From contig NC_086097.1 in NCBI RefSeq assembly GCF_963921235.1, positions 199,332,001 through 199,396,000 on the forward strand: DNA of 64,000 nt, read 5' to 3'. The first letter of the stretch is position 1. Every line of letters begins with the position of its first letter. The notes beneath the pieces are model-generated. The model was not told where the DNA came from. It saw only the letters and a program-made list of their open reading frames with translations, and made no database searches. This DNA is from Mobula hypostoma (Eukaryota). The translations under genes were made by a program, and so were the position numbers. Of the stretch, positions 24,787 through 38,374 are shown in pieces.

Positions 24787-25992
24787 ATGGAACACTCACT
24801 GAGACCAGACAAATTAGACCTTGATCCGCAAACACCTGACGCTGGAAACGCTTTCGAACTCTGGCTGGCCTGCTTTGAAGCGTACCTAGAGGAGATTAAA
24901 GCGACCGACCCCGTAGCGAAGCGCAGAGTTCTACTCTCCAGGGTCAGTCCACGGGTCTATTCGCTGATCAGAGACCAGCCGAGCTACGACGGCGTGATGA
25001 ACGCACTCAAAGGACAATACCTGCGGCTGATAAACAGCGTCTATGCTCGGCACCGTTTAGCGACACGGCAACAGCAGCCCGGGGAATCGAGTGCTGAGTT
25101 TGTCCGGGCCCTACAAACGCTCGTGCGAGCCTGCACTTGCCAGGAGCTGACGGCGGCGCAGCATGCAGAACTCCTAGTGAGAGACGCCTTCATCACGGGG
25201 ACCAGGTCAGTGTACGTGCGCCAGCGGCTGCTGGAAAAAGCCGATCTTACCCTAAGTTCGTTGATGGAGCTGGCTGATATGCTGGAGGCTGCTCTGCACA
25301 ACTCTGAGGCTCTCCAGGAACGCAATCCCCCGACGGCCTCGTGGGCGCCGCAGACCCCACAACCCACCGGTGAATCGACCTTGGCTGCCGCCAGTCGTGA
25401 GTCCGCGAAGCGCTACTTCTGCCGACTGGAGAAGCACCCCCGGAAACGCTGCCTGGCCCGACAAGCTACCCGCTCCAGCTGCGGAAAGAAGGGCCACTTT
25501 GCCAAGGTCTGTAAGTCAAAACCGCGAGCGGGATCGAGCAGCACTGCGTGCAAGACGTGGCGGTCGCCATCTTGCCTGCCGCCATCTTCCCTGCACGCCG
25601 CCACCACGTGCGAGACATGGGGACTGCCATCTTCCCTGCACGTCACCACCACGTGCGAGACATGGGGGTGGCCATCTTGGTCAGCGCCACCTCCCACCGC
25701 CAACGACCAACCGGTGCTCACGGGGCACCCCACCACGCTGGACCAAGACAGCACCCCCACCCTGGCTTCCGTGACTCTCAACCAAAGCGCTCCCCACCAG
25801 CTTGCAAGGTCAATGATGGACATCCTGGTGGAGGGGCACAGGACAAGCTGCCTGTTTGACACAGGCAGCACGGAGAGTTTTATCCACCCGGCCACGGTGC
25901 AGCATTGCGGACTCATAATACGGCCGGTAAGTCAGAGGGTCACCATGGCCTCCGGGTCGCATACAACAGACATCCGGGGGGGGATTGTGTAG
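24787..25992 (+). CDS. gag: Gag-protease ORF (401 aa)
   Basis: Two degenerate zinc knuckles (...CGKKGHFAKVC); LFDTGSTESFI aspartic protease motif; frame breaks at G8 run 25976-25983. Confidence 0.9.
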   Translation: MEHSLRPDKLDLDPQTPDAGNAFELWLACFEAYLEEIKATDPVAKRRVLLSRVSPRVYSLIRDQPSYDGVMNALKGQYLRLINSVYARHRLATRQQQPGESSAEFVRALQTLVRACTCQELTAAQHAELLVRDAFITGTRSVYVRQRLLEKADLTLSSLMELADMLEAALHNSEALQERNPPTASWAPQTPQPTGESTLAAASRESAKRYFCRLEKHPRKRCLARQATRSSCGKKGHFAKVCKSKPRAGSSSTACKTWRSPSCLPPSSLHAATTCETWGLPSSLHVTTTCETWGWPSWSAPPPTANDQPVLTGHPTTLDQDSTPTLASVTLNQSAPHQLARSMMDILVEGHRTSCLFDTGSTESFIHPATVQHCGLIIRPVSQRVTMASGSHTTDIRGGIV

Positions 25993-28723
25993 CGACACTA
26001 GTGGTGCAGGGCACACAATATCGAGACTTTACATTACTGGTTATGCCTCAACTATGTGCCCCTGTGCTATTGGGGCTCGACTTGCAGAGCCACCTGAAGA
26101 ACGTGACAATGGAGTATGATGGGCCCCTCCCGCCGATTACTGTCGTAAATCCCCAGTTTTGTAGGGATACGTCACATACCCCGCTACTGACCACACACAC
26201 ACAACGACACGCACATCCCACCTAATACCATGCCAAATGCTTCACTACCGACGCCACTTGCGGCCTCTCCACCCTCAGGATCCCTCCCCTACCGCTGTTC
26301 GCCAACCTGACCCCTGACTGTAAACCCGTGGCAACTAAAAGCAGGAGGTACAGCGCGGGGGACAGAGCTTTCATTAAGTCGGAGGTGCAGCGGCTGCTCA
26401 GGGAGGGGGTCATTGAGGCAAGCACAAGTCCTTGGAGGGCGCAGGTGCTGGTTGTTCGGAACGGGGAGAAGAATAGGATGGTCGTGGACTATAGCCAGAC
26501 CATCAATAGGTTCACGCAGCTCGACGCGTACCCTCTACCCCGCATCGCGGATATGGTCAATCAGATAGCACAGTACAAGGTGTACTCGACCATAGACCTA
26601 AAATCCGCTTACCATCAGCTCCCCATCTGCCGGGAGGACCACCCTTACCCCGCCTTCGAGGCGGACGGCAGGCTTTATCAATTCCTGCGCGTCCCCTTCG
26701 GTGTCACAAATGGTGTATCTGTCTTCCAGAGGGCAATGGACCGGATGGTGGACCAGTGCCAACTGAAGGCCACGTTCCCATATCTGGATAACATCACCAT
26801 CTGCGGTCACGACCGGCAGGATCATGACAACAACCTCCAAAAATTTCTCCAAGCGGCCAAAGCTTTCAATCTCACCTATAACAAGGACAAGCGTGTGTTC
26901 GGGACCACCTGACTTGCTATCCTTGGGTGTGTCGTGGAGAATGGAGTCATTGGCCCTGACCCCGACCGTATGCGCCCCCTGTTGGAACTCCCTCTTCCCA
27001 ATACCCTCAGAGCCCTCAAAAGGTGCCTGGGCTTCTTTTCATATTACGCCCAATGGGTCTCTAACTACGCAGACAAGGCCTGCCCCCTGGTCAAGTCCAC
27101 CACATTCCCCCTCTCTGCCGAGGCCCGCGCGGCCTTCAACTGCATAAAAGGGGACATTGCCAAAGCAGCAATGCATGCAGTGGATGAGGCCATTCCCTTC
27201 CAAGTAGAAAGTGACACCTCCGACTTTGCGCTGGCTGCCACCCTCAATCAGGCGGGAAGACCAGTGGCGTTCTTCTCCCGTACCCTTCAAGGCCCTGAAA
27301 TTCGGCACTCCGCGGTGGAGAAAGAGGCCCAGGTCATAGTAGAAGCTATTAGGCACTGGAGGCACTATCTTGCCGGCAAAAGGTTCACCCTGCTAACTAA
27401 CCAGCGCTCAGTCGCAATCATGTTTAATAATCAGCAGCGGAGCAAAATCAAAAATGATAAAATTCTGAGGTGGAGAATCAAACTCTCCACCTACAACTAT
27501 GACATCATGTACAGGCCTGGGAAGCTCAACGAGCCCTCCGATGCCCTATCCCGGGGAACATGTGCCAGCGCGCAGATCGACCGGCTATATGCTCTACATG
27601 TTGACCTTTGCCACCCAGGAGTCACCCGGCTTTTCCACTTCGTGAAAACACGGAACCTGCCTTACTCCCTTGAGGAGATCAGGATGATGACCAGGGACTG
27701 CCAAGTCTGCGCAGAGTGCAAACCGCACTTCTACCGACCCAAAAAGGCACAACTCATCAAGGCCTCCCGTCCTTTTGAGCTACTGAGTGTTGATTTTAAG
27801 GGCCCCCTTCCCTCCACCAACCGCAATGTGTACTTTCTTAACGTTATCGACGAGTACTTGCGGTTCCCCTTCGCCATCCCCTGCCCCGACACCACTACCA
27901 CGTCAGTTATAAAAGCCCTGCGCAAGCTCTTCACTCTGTTTGGATACCCATGTTATATCCACAGTGACAGAGGGTCCTCATTTATGAGTGACGAGCTGCG
28001 CCAATACCTACTGGCTAGGGGAATTGCAACTAGTAGGACTACGAGCTATAATCCCCGGGAGAATGGACAGGTAGAGAAGGAGAATGCCACGGTGTGGAAA
28101 GCCACACTCTTAGCCCTCAGGTCAAAGGGACTGCCGGTCTCCCGCTGGCAGGAGGACCTTCCCGAGGCACTCCACTCCATCCGCTCCCTGTTATGCACAG
28201 CCACCAATGCCACCCCTCATGAACGGCTCTTTTCTTTTCCCAGAAAATCGACCACTGGAACCACCCTACCAACTTGGCTGACGTCCCTGGGGCTAGTGCT
28301 GCTTCGGAAACATTCGAGGAGCAATAAATACTCCCCGATGGTCGAGAGGGTTCACTTACTTCATGCGAATCCTCAATATGCCTACGTGGTTTTACTTGAT
28401 GGGCGGGAGAACACGGTCTCCATCCGTGACCTGGCGCCCGTAGGAGCACCGGGCCCCTACCCTGAACACTCCATGGTGACTATTGACCCCGTACCCACCG
28501 ATGTATGTACCCACAAGACACCATGCACTCCAAACCCTACACAGATACCACACAACTCTCCCACACCGGGCACGATGCACACACACGAGGGATTAACAAC
28601 GCCTAACGTGCTGGCACCTCAAGTCAGGCCGGAGCCAGCACAACCGCCATCACCGATGCAATCACTACCGGTGCTACGTAGATCACAGCGACGGACTCGA
28701 CCGCCTGATAGACTGACCTGTAA
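25984..28723 (+). pseudogene. pol: pol (protease C-terminus, RT, RNase H, integrase) with two in-frame stops
   Basis: SPW, DLKSAYHQ, PFG and YLDN (RT); FFSRTL (RH); HPG...CQVC, VDFKGP and HSDRG (IN). Stops at 26223-26225 and 26910-26912 in one frame. Confidence 0.92.
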
Positions 28724-28774
28724 ATATACTTGTTGTAAATATTGTCAGTCACTTCACCCCGTGGGACTCTTTTT

Positions 28775-28792
28775 AAAAAAAGGAGGGGTGAA
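28775..28792 (+). promoter_or_regulatory. Polypurine tract
   Basis: AAAAAAAGGAGGGGTGAA directly before the 3' LTR TG. Confidence 0.9.
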
Positions 28793-29023
28793 TGTGGTAA
28801 ACCATATATATATATGTTGTAACTGGGTTAACTGTCTGGACACACCCCTCTGCTGACTGCCCCTGTGGCTCCTCCCACAGGGTCCTGTATAAAGGTGTTC
28901 GCCTTGCCCCTCCCCCTCAGTCAGGGGGCAGACACTCACCATGGAGGTCGTATTGTACAGTGAATAAAAGCCTTTCAGTATTTTACCAAACCTCAGTCTT
29001 TTGGAGTTATTGAAGGTGCTTCA
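28793..29023 (+). repeat. 3' LTR
   Basis: Near-identical to 24511-24760 apart from a shorter (TA)n, a small indel and scattered substitutions. Confidence 0.95.
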
Positions 29024-29471
29024 CATATAAAAACGTCTATTGCTCTGTCTTCATTATTCTTAGCTACCTTCACATGTCTGTACCAATCATCACGCACATT
29101 TCTCTACCAATCCCATTTTATTTCCTCCAACTGTCCCTGATTCCACCACACAACAAAACACAAGGGGATTGGTCAATTATCTAAGTAATGCATATGCCTT
29201 TGATTGTGAAAGGAAACTGGAGCACCTGAAGGAAAGTCACACAGTCACAGGCAGAAAATGGAAATTCCACAGGGATAATGGAGTGAAGTTAGGTAGCTGG
29301 AGCTGTCAGACTGCAGCTCTACCAGCTGTGCTAGTGTACTACATATATGATTAGGGGCTCACACTAGAAAAATATAATGAAAGAAACTTGCCAATATTCT
29401 GAATGAAGCTTTCAAATATCTCAGTCTGTACATATATATGAAGGGTTATCAATCTCTGTAAATACTACATA

Positions 29472-30622
29472 TAAGACCATAAGACCATAAGACAAAGGAG
29501 CAGAGGTCAGCCATTCGGCCCATCGAGTCTGCTTCGCCATTTTATCATGAGCTGATCCATTCTCCCATTTAGCCCCACCCCCCCCACCTTCTCACCATAA
29601 CCTTTGATGCCCTGGCTACTCAGATACCTATCAATCTCTGCCTTAAATACACCCAATGACTTGACCTCCACTGCCGCCTGTGGCAACAAATTCCATAGAT
29701 TCACCACCCTCTGGCTAAAAAAATTTCTTCGCTTTTCTGTTCTGAATGGGCGCCCTTCAATCCTTAAGTCATGCCCTCTCGTACTAGACTCTCCCATCAT
29801 GGGAGACAACTTTGCCACATCCACTCTGTCCATGCCTTTCAACATTCGAAATGTTTCTTTGAGGTCTCCCCTCATTCTTCTAAGCTCCAAGGAATACAGT
29901 CCAAGAGTGGACAAACGTTCCTCATATGTTAACCCTCTCATTCCTGGAATCATTCTAGTGAATCTTCTCTGTACCCTCTCCAACGTCAACACATCTTTTC
30001 TTAAATAAGGAGACCAAAACTGCCCACAGTACTCCAAGTGAGGTCTCACCAGCGCCTTATAGAGCCTCAACATCACATCCCTGCTCCTGTACTCTATTCC
30101 TCTAGAAATGAATGCCAACATTGCTTTCGCTTTCTTCACTACCGACTCAGCCTGGAGGTTAACCTTAAGGGTATCCTGTACGAGGACTCCCAAGTCTCGT
30201 TGCATCTCAGAACTTTGAATTCTCTCCCTATTTAAATAATAGTCTGCCCATTTATTTCTTCTGCCAAAGTACATAACCAAATACTTTCCAACATTGTATT
30301 TCATTTGCCACTTCTTTGCCCATTCTTCCAATCTATCCAAGCCTCTTTGCAGACTCTCAGTTTCATCAGCACTACCGGCCCCTCCACCTATCTTCATATC
30401 ATCAGCAAACTTAGCCACAAAGCCATCTATTCCATAATCCAAATTGTTGATGTACAACGTAAAAAGAAGCGGCCCCAACACTGATCCCTGTGGAACACCA
30501 CTGGTAACCGGCAGCCAACCAGAATAGGATCCCTTTATTCCCACTCTCTGTTTCCCGCCAATCAGCCAATGCTCTATCCACGTATGTAACTTTCCCGTAA
30601 TTCCATGGGCTCTTATCTTGTT
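29472..30622 (-). mobile_element. CR1 LINE, 5'-truncated (family A), open RT frame
   Basis: 376-aa ORF with GVPQGSVLGP and KFADD; (CATAAGAC)n tail on +. Confidence 0.95.
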
Positions 30623-31094
30623 GAGAGATATACACAATTAGAATATTCCGGTACTTGATTGTCTGACTTTCACAATTAATGATTTGAAAATTCTTCATAG
30701 TAGAATATCTGATTAATGAACTCCTTTTCAAGAGTACAAATTTAGTGACGTAATCTTTGATCTAACGCTGTCCTGACATTTTTGATGATATTAAAAAAAA
30801 CTACCAGCAAAAGAGTAGCAGGCCTTATTATATTAAAAAATGAAAACGCTGGAATAATCATCTAGCATTTGTAGCCAGAGAAACAGCGTTAACATGTTAA
30901 ATTGATGACCTTTCATGGGAAATGGGAAAAGTGAGAACTCAAATGTGTGGAGTTGCAAAGAAGAAGGTTGTGGAGAGAACATGGGAAATGTTTGTGACAG
31001 TGCAAAGACCAAGAGAGACTGAATGGCACAGGTGGAGCTGGAGATGGCTAAGAGTGTGTGGTTAGGATTGTTAATCCCAAGTGAGGATTGTTAA

Positions 31095-31462
31095 CCACAA
31101 GGAGGATGAGAGGAGACATGATAGAGATGTACAAGATAATAAGAGGAATAGATAGAGTGGATAGCCAGCGCCTCTTCCCCAGGGCACCACTGCTCAGTAC
31201 AAGAGGACATGGCTTTAAGGTAAGGGGTGGGAAGTTCAAGGGGGATATTAGAGGAAGTTTTTTTACTCTGAGAGTGGTTGGTGCGTGGAATGCACTGCCT
31301 GAGTCAGTGGTGGAGGCAGATACACTGGTGAGGTTTAGGAGACTACTGGACAGGTATACGGAGGAATTTAAGGTGGGGGCTTATATGGGAGGCAGGGTTT
31401 GAGGGTGGGCACAACATTGTGGGCCGAAGGGCCTGTACTGTGCTGTACTATTCTATGTTCTA
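31095..31462 (+). mobile_element. CR1 3' end
   Basis: RRMRGDMIEMYKI...TRGH...FFTLRVVGAWNALP; (TTCTA)n-like tail. Confidence 0.9.
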
Positions 31463-31464
31463 TT

Positions 31465-32240
31465 ATCCACTCTTTCCTCCTCACCGATCTACCTCCTGGT
31501 ATTTGTTCTTGCAAGCAGAACAAGTGCTACACCTGCCCCTATGCTTCCTCCCTCACTACCATTCAGGAACCCAAACAGTCCTTCCAGGTGAGGTGACACT
31601 TCACCTGTGAGCCTGTTGGGGCCATCTACTGTATCTGGTGCTCCCGGTGTGGCCTCCTGTATATTGATGAGACACGAAGTAGATTTGGAGACCGCTTCAT
31701 CAAACACCTTTGTTCCATCCACTACAAAAAGCTGGGTTTCCCAGTGGCCATTCATTTCAATTCTACTTCCCTTTCCCATGCTGACATATCAGTCCACGGC
31801 CTCTTCTACTGCCATGATGAGGCCACAGCTGGGTAGACTTCAACCTGATGGCATGATCTTTGATTTCTCGAACTTCCGGTGATTGTTACCCCTCCTCTCC
31901 TTCACCATTCCCCATTCTGATTTCCCTCCCTTGGATGCTCCTCCCCCTTCCCTTTCTTCTATGCTTTTCTACCCTCTCCTATCAGATTCCCTCTTCTCCA
32001 CCCCTGTATCGCTTTCACCAATCAACCTTGCAGCTCTTTACTTCACCCCCTCGCCCTCTCTCAGTTTCACCTATCACCTACCACCTTGTACTTTTTCATC
32101 CCCTTCCCACCTTCTTAGTTTGATTCCTCCCCCCTCCTTTCCAGTCCTGATAAAGGATCTTGGCCTGAAATGTTGACTTTTATTCTTTTCCATAGATGCA
32201 GCCTGGCCTGCTGAGATCCTCCAGCATTTGTGTGTGTAAC
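31465..32240 (+). mobile_element. Decayed Penelope-like 3' fragment (GIY-YIG region and mutated hammerhead)
   Basis: Collinear with the reverse complement of 9920-10760; CSCKQNKCYTCPY; degenerate hammerhead at 32143-32178. Confidence 0.85.
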
Positions 32241-32709
32241 TTGTTGTTCCTGTTATGTATCTGAACTGGACAGGAACAATTACATAGTTCCTTTTTCTCG
32301 AAACTGTTGCCTAATCTGCTGAGTATTTTCAGCATTTGATTTTAATTCAGAATTCCAATGACTGCAATATCTTTTATGTGACAGCTTCAGCATTGTTTCA
32401 TTTTTTCTTTCACCAGTCATCATTTATCTCTTTTTGTTAACGTTTTCTTACAAAGCATCAGCAGCAGTTTAAAATCTAACACAGTACTCTCTCAGGCCGC
32501 CACTGGTGTCATTCAGTCTTTGTTCGTCTCCTGTCCTGTCACAAACTTTCCCTCTGTTCTCTCCATCTCTCTCCCTTCTCTCTACTACTTAAAACATCGT
32601 TGATATGTAATTGTTCTTAGTTATGACATAAGGTCACTGATGGGATGTATAAACTGCTTCTTTCTCAACTGATGCTACCTGACATTTTTTGAATTTCCAA
32701 CATCCCAAA

Positions 32710-33540
32710 GGTTTTAAAAGTACATTTAATGTCAGAGAAATGTATACAATATACATCCTGAAATGCTTTTTCTTTGCAACCATCCACGAATACAGAGGAG
32801 TGCCCCCGAAGAATGAATGACAGTTAAATGTTAGATCCCCAAAGCCCCCGCCGATTCCCCCCTCTCATGCGTAAGCAGCAGCAAAGCAATAATCCCCCCC
32901 ACCAGCAAAAAAGAAAGCCTCGGCACCCCCCACCAAGCACTCAAGCGAGCAGCAAAGCATCAGCAAAGACACAGACTTGCAGTACCCCAAAGGCTACTCA
33001 TTCACCCAGTATTCAACATACCACAGGTTCTCTCTCTCTCCCTAATAAGGGAAAAAGAGGTGTCCATGTTTCATAGCAAGAGGGGAGATGTAACAAGCAA
33101 CAATCCTGATTTACTATGTTAAAAGTCTATTGCGTCGCTTTTGCTGAGCTCTGTGCCCAAAGAACTTGGGTCTCTGGGCACACAGTCTGCAGCCAGCTCA
33201 CTGCTTTCAATCTTCCGTCTCCCACAACACACTGGATTCCTGCAGAGGCACCGACCTTCAGTTGGCCGTCTCCAGAACCACGAGACGCCAGAACTCCGAA
33301 GACGAGCTAATCTCTTAGGCCGCATCCTTGGCATATTACATAACGGCCAGTCATGAAATCCTGAGAGCGGGTCCCATTCCTGCAAAGAACTGAAGTTAGC
33401 GTGTAACTGCAGGTCAGGGTCTTCAAGAGAACCCTGAAAGGGAAAAATAGAGATATTAAAGATGGAAATAGAGCTGTTTCTGAAGATGCATGCAAAGGAG
33501 TTGCCATTAGGCACAATTGTCTCCTCCTAAGCTCCTCCTC
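32710..33540 (-). mobile_element. Unclassified non-coding retroposon-like repeat
   Basis: GC-richer block; minus-strand 3' end resembles the Rex/Babar-type tails at ~22210-22268 and ~19255-19320; no recognisable ORF. Confidence 0.4.
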
Positions 33541-34809
33541 TTAACTTCTGTTCTTATATCAGATTTTGGCATCTGAAAATATTTCATTTCCAAGGTATTA
33601 ATGGTATTGCCAAAACTGGTTTTAACGTTAAAATTTTAGTATGATATGCACATCAGTTTCCTTAAGAAACCCTTGTGGATTATTTTTCCTGCTATTCCTT
33701 TAGGAACGTTGTTCAAAATACTTTGCACTGCAATGCACTTTTAACGAGACTCCATTTTACAGACAGATTTGTTTATGATAACAGTTGCAATCCCTCCAGT
33801 GTTCACTTGGTGCTCCCCTCTGGTGCTCTTTCGTTGCTGCTCTCCAGTGCTTGCTCCATGGAAGAACATTCTGGACCAGTACAACTCAGGGACATGGGCT
33901 ACTTTATTATTTTTTTCTCTTTGTGACTGTATGTTCTGCTGAAATCATAACCATATGTGCTTTTTGTGCTATGTACTATGTGTAGTGTGCTATTGGCAAT
34001 GTGTTTTGCACCTCCACCCCAGACGAGTGTTGTTTTGTTTGGTTATGTTGACGTATGGTTGAGTGATATTAAACTTGAAACTTGAACTTAAACCTGAAAA
34101 GGTTCTTGTAGCACCATCTGCTCCCCACAAAATAGAGCTTGTATATTTCACAGTTTATTAATGTGGCAAACATAGTATCTTAATAGTCGTCTTCCAAAGA
34201 GATATGCTTACCTCATAACGCGTCCAACCTCAGTAGCACAAAGAGTGTCATTTTATAACGTCAGTATGTTTTAATTTGCCTCTGATACTACAGTGCACTG
34301 CATTTGGTGCAACAATCCAGGGATGAATTACATTCTGCAACATACATTGGATAAGTGATTCCTGCTGTTACTTCAGGAATGCTTTAGAATGGAGAATAGG
34401 CCCAAATCCAATAGAAAACTACTGTTTCTACTGGAAATCCTGAGGCTTAGTGGAAACGCTCGAATGATTAATATTGGGTTAATAAAAGTGTGGTATTCCA
34501 TTACAGTTCTTCCTTCACTTTGTGTCACCACAAGCAGGTGCTGTATAAACATGAAGCAAGTTAGTGAAGAAGGTAGCAAAAATTTGTGCATCCCAGGTAC
34601 TGTCCCAGGTCTAGATGCACAACCAGGCACAAAATTCAAAAGTGTTATTTCTCAGATAGCATGTTAACCCATGGGTTTGTTAGATCTATAGAAATGAAGA
34701 AATACAACTATTTGAAGTTTTTTTGTCAACATTGAACCATTAACCAAAATACCAAATATAAACTAACTGGTGCAAAAATTGGCAAAAAATATCACAGTAA
34801 CATGACAGA

Positions 34810-35080
34810 GGTAGCATTGTAGTTAGCACGGCACTTTACAGTACCAGCAGCCCTGGATTCAGTTCCTGCGGCTGCCTGTAAGGAGTTTGTACATTTTCTC
34901 TGCGACTGTGTAGGTTTCTTCCAGGGGATCTGGTTTCCTTACACAATCCAAAGATGTACTGGTTGGTAGGTAAATTGGCCATTGTAAATGATCTTTTGAT
35001 TAAGCTATGATTAAAGTTGGGTATGGCATGACTCAAGGGGCCAGAAATACCTATTCAATGCTGTACCTGAATAAAATAGA
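34810..35080 (+). mobile_element. V-SINE remnant
   Basis: tRNA-like head, TGTAAGGAGTTTGTAC, V domain, AATAAAATA end. Confidence 0.7.
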
Positions 35081-37949
35081 AGTATCTAACTGTTTATAAT
35101 GTACTTTGAGGTGTCCTTTCATATTCTAAAGCTTCACTTGCATCGCACGTGCCAGTCTCATCCAGAATCCTCATTGTTAAGAGGTCTGAATGTCCATTAC
35201 TAGAGTTTATCTACTGCTAACGTGTTTGTAACATTTCATGCTGTGGGTTAACCTCACAGTTGTTTGGAGCTGGAACTAAACAGGTTTTGGGTGCTTTTAC
35301 AGCTGTATGATAGTAATTTGTGAGGGTCTAGTATGAGTCACCTTTGGGCTGGATAACAAAGCAGCACACAGCTGGGAAAGGGCTATGCTAACGACAAGGA
35401 GGTGGCAACAGTCCTTTAATACATTAATCCTTTCCTCTCAGATATTTTTGTTTAATCTGCTAAGTACTTCAGAATTAGATACATTATTATTTAAAATCTA
35501 TTTCCTATAATCGCAATTTGAATTGAAAATTTATATACATAGTTGGGTTAATTTTCATTCCAAGTTTATGTGTTTACTTATGACTAAAATGAACATCTAT
35601 ATTTCATATTTCGACCAACAAGTTAAACATAAAAGTGCACAATATACTTTTCCACTGATGAAAGAAAGGAGAATTAAAAGAATGACTGGATGATATCGTC
35701 AAGGTACGAATCATGAGGTATAAGAGGGAATGAAAACTGTGAATGGAGACCTGACACAGTTCAATAAACATCAGAGCGAGTAGAACTTCAAAGGAAATAT
35801 AATTCTGTGAAAAGGAGACTTACTGTGAATCAGAAAGCTATGATTAATTAAAAAAAACAAGCAAGTGGTTATTGGTCATTGGTTTATTATCATCACATGT
35901 ACTGACAGGCAGTGAAAAGCTTTTGTTTGCATCCCTGTCATTCAGGTAGATCATTCCATACATATGCATAATATAGTCATCCAGTAGACTGTCAGAGGGA
36001 AAAGTAGATATTGACCAAATTAGCAAGGAGTCTTGGGAGCTGAATCCTCCTATTTACACATAGTTGAAGCCCAAAGGTTGAAATAATCTACAGCAACAGA
36101 ACAAAATAGATTCATTGTAAACCAGGGGTTTGCTTTACACCTAGTCATAGTCATACTTTATTGATCTTGGGGGAAATTGGTTTTCATTACAGTTGCACCA
36201 TAAGTAATAAATAGTAATAAAATCATAAATATGCCAGGAAAATGGATGATTGGATAATTGGATAATTGGCTCATTTCACCTATTTTGTTATCGTATTAAG
36301 AAATAAAGAAACATGGTATTCTTGTACCCTGGTGGATGCATTTTAGTCTTGACAAATCACTGATAACGTGATAGTAGATTTGTCAATCACAGTGAAAAGG
36401 GAGATAAAGGAAAATCAGTTCAGATGGTTTTAGGAATGTGAAGCTGCAAAATGTCTTTCTGTACAATCTGCCCCAGACTTTCAAAAGCAAGCCAAGTGAG
36501 GAAACTCTGACCTCCTTCCTAATGCTACACAGATATTTTGATATGATTCAAAGAGTAAGCAAATAATATCAAAGCAAACTAAATGAATTCAGCATAAATA
36601 TGCAGGTCCATCTGACATGTGCAAGCTGTACCTGAGAAGCAGCGTTAATAACTGAGAAGCAGGAAAGATTGGAAAGGAGTTGGGAGGGGCAGAGGTTGCA
36701 ATTCAATGAAAGCTTTTCCTTTCTTGGGTTAATTCTTTTGAAAAGCTTAATTGTTGTTAGAATGCAATTGAATGCATTTTTAAAACTTTTAATTTTACTT
36801 ATCTGAATTTTCAATATTAAAAATAACATAACATGATATGAAATATGATTTTTTGGAACATGAAATCTATCTCAAAAATAGTTGTTAGCCTTTCTACCTG
36901 GAAGAAAGGTAATGGTTCAAGCTAAAGACTTATGCCTATAAATTTAACAGAACACTGCCATTGTTGATCTGTTAACTGGCCCACATAAAATCCTACATGG
37001 ATCCTACATCCCTAATTGCTTCCAAGCTAAGGAGGCAATTAAATATCCACCACAATGGTGGATCTGAAGCTACTTATATACTTCCCAGATGAGAATGGCT
37101 AATTATAATTCCTATAGACATATTAATATGATTTAAAGATTGACCTCTTGTGGCAGAACAAGATAACAGATTCAATAAAAATTTCTGATCTATGCTCAGG
37201 GTGTACCTGCTAATCAGAATTATTGATAAAACTGTTGCCTCAAAGTTCCAGAACCTTGGTTCAATCCCTACCCGAGGATACTATGTGTACAGAGTTTGCA
37301 TATTCTCCGTGACTTCATCAGTTTCCTTCAGTGTTCCATAGTGAACACGTGTAAGGTTGAAAGGGTGTGAAAGGAATATGCACTTTTACGCCCTCTTAGG
37401 GTTTAGGGTTTCTCTGTCACAAAGTGTGCAGGCAATGTTGGAATCCAAGTGTGGAGGAATGACAGACTCTGATGTAGGGACAGTGACCAGAGCTTATTCA
37501 TAACAATTCTAGCAGAGCATCAAAGGCTTGGCCGAGTGACACTGTAAGACATAACTTTCTCCAGACTCAGACCCCGTGATTAGTGCTAATCAGGCATTTG
37601 CTTGAATAATCCAGGTAACATGGAATTCCTGAGCCTATCAAGACTGGAAGCACCAGGAGACTTCAGTACAAAGAGGGAGTCACTTGAGAAAAATACAAGG
37701 AAAACTAAATGATTAAGAAATCTCATTAAGCAACAATTAACAATTCAGGTGCTCTAAATCCTCAGAGCCCAATGCTTTCTGACTCCCCGCACAGGGTTGA
37801 AGAGCTCGTTACAGTACCCCCCTTTCTATGGCCAGTAGCAAACTGCCCAAGGGAAACGAAAAGAGACCTGAGATCTTAAAAGAGACCTGGGAAACCCTGA
37901 GAGGGACTTGGCAAACTCAAGAAAGACTTGAGAAACTCAAGACAGGGAG

Positions 37950-38082
37950 AATATTGAAAAAAATCTTGAAACATTGAATAAAATTCGGAAACATTAAATA
38001 AAACTGGGAAACACTGAATAAATCTCAGAAACATTGAATAAACATTGGAAGCATTGAATGAAGTCTTCAGAAACATTGAATG
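37950..38082. repeat. Degenerate ~21-22-bp tandem repeat
   Basis: About six recurrences of GAAACATTGAAT-like cores. Confidence 0.8.
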
Positions 38083-38374
38083 AGGGCCATGGAAACCTGG
38101 AGGGACATAGGAGACCTAAAGAACCTTGACAGCCTTGAGATCTTGATGACCAAGAACAAGCCTTGAGACCCAGAAAAAAACACGAAGAAGCTTGGAAGGT
38201 GAACTTGAGAAACTCAGAATGTAGACAAGAAAAGTTCAAAAGGTGGACTTTGAACGTGGACTTGAGAAACTTGGAACATAGACTGGAGACATTTGGAATA
38301 TAAACTCAAAAAGTAGATGAGAGAAACTCAGAAGGTAGACACAGAATGGGGAATCCTCATCTAAAGGCAACTGA

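Larger units (their letters stand above)
24511..29023 (+). mobile_element. Structurally complete Gypsy LTR retrotransposon (4.5 kb), inactivated by a few lesions
   Basis: TG...CA LTRs; TSD CATAT (24506-24510, 29024-29028); gag-PR-RT-RH-IN order; PPT before the 3' LTR. Confidence 0.97.

Noticed and set aside
37396..37410. TTAGGG telomere-like seed
   Set aside because: Only two imperfectly spaced units; not significant.
37950..38082. Short spaced repeats resembling a CRISPR array
   Set aside because: Degenerate 21-22-bp minisatellite with no unique spacers, no cas genes, and a eukaryotic context.
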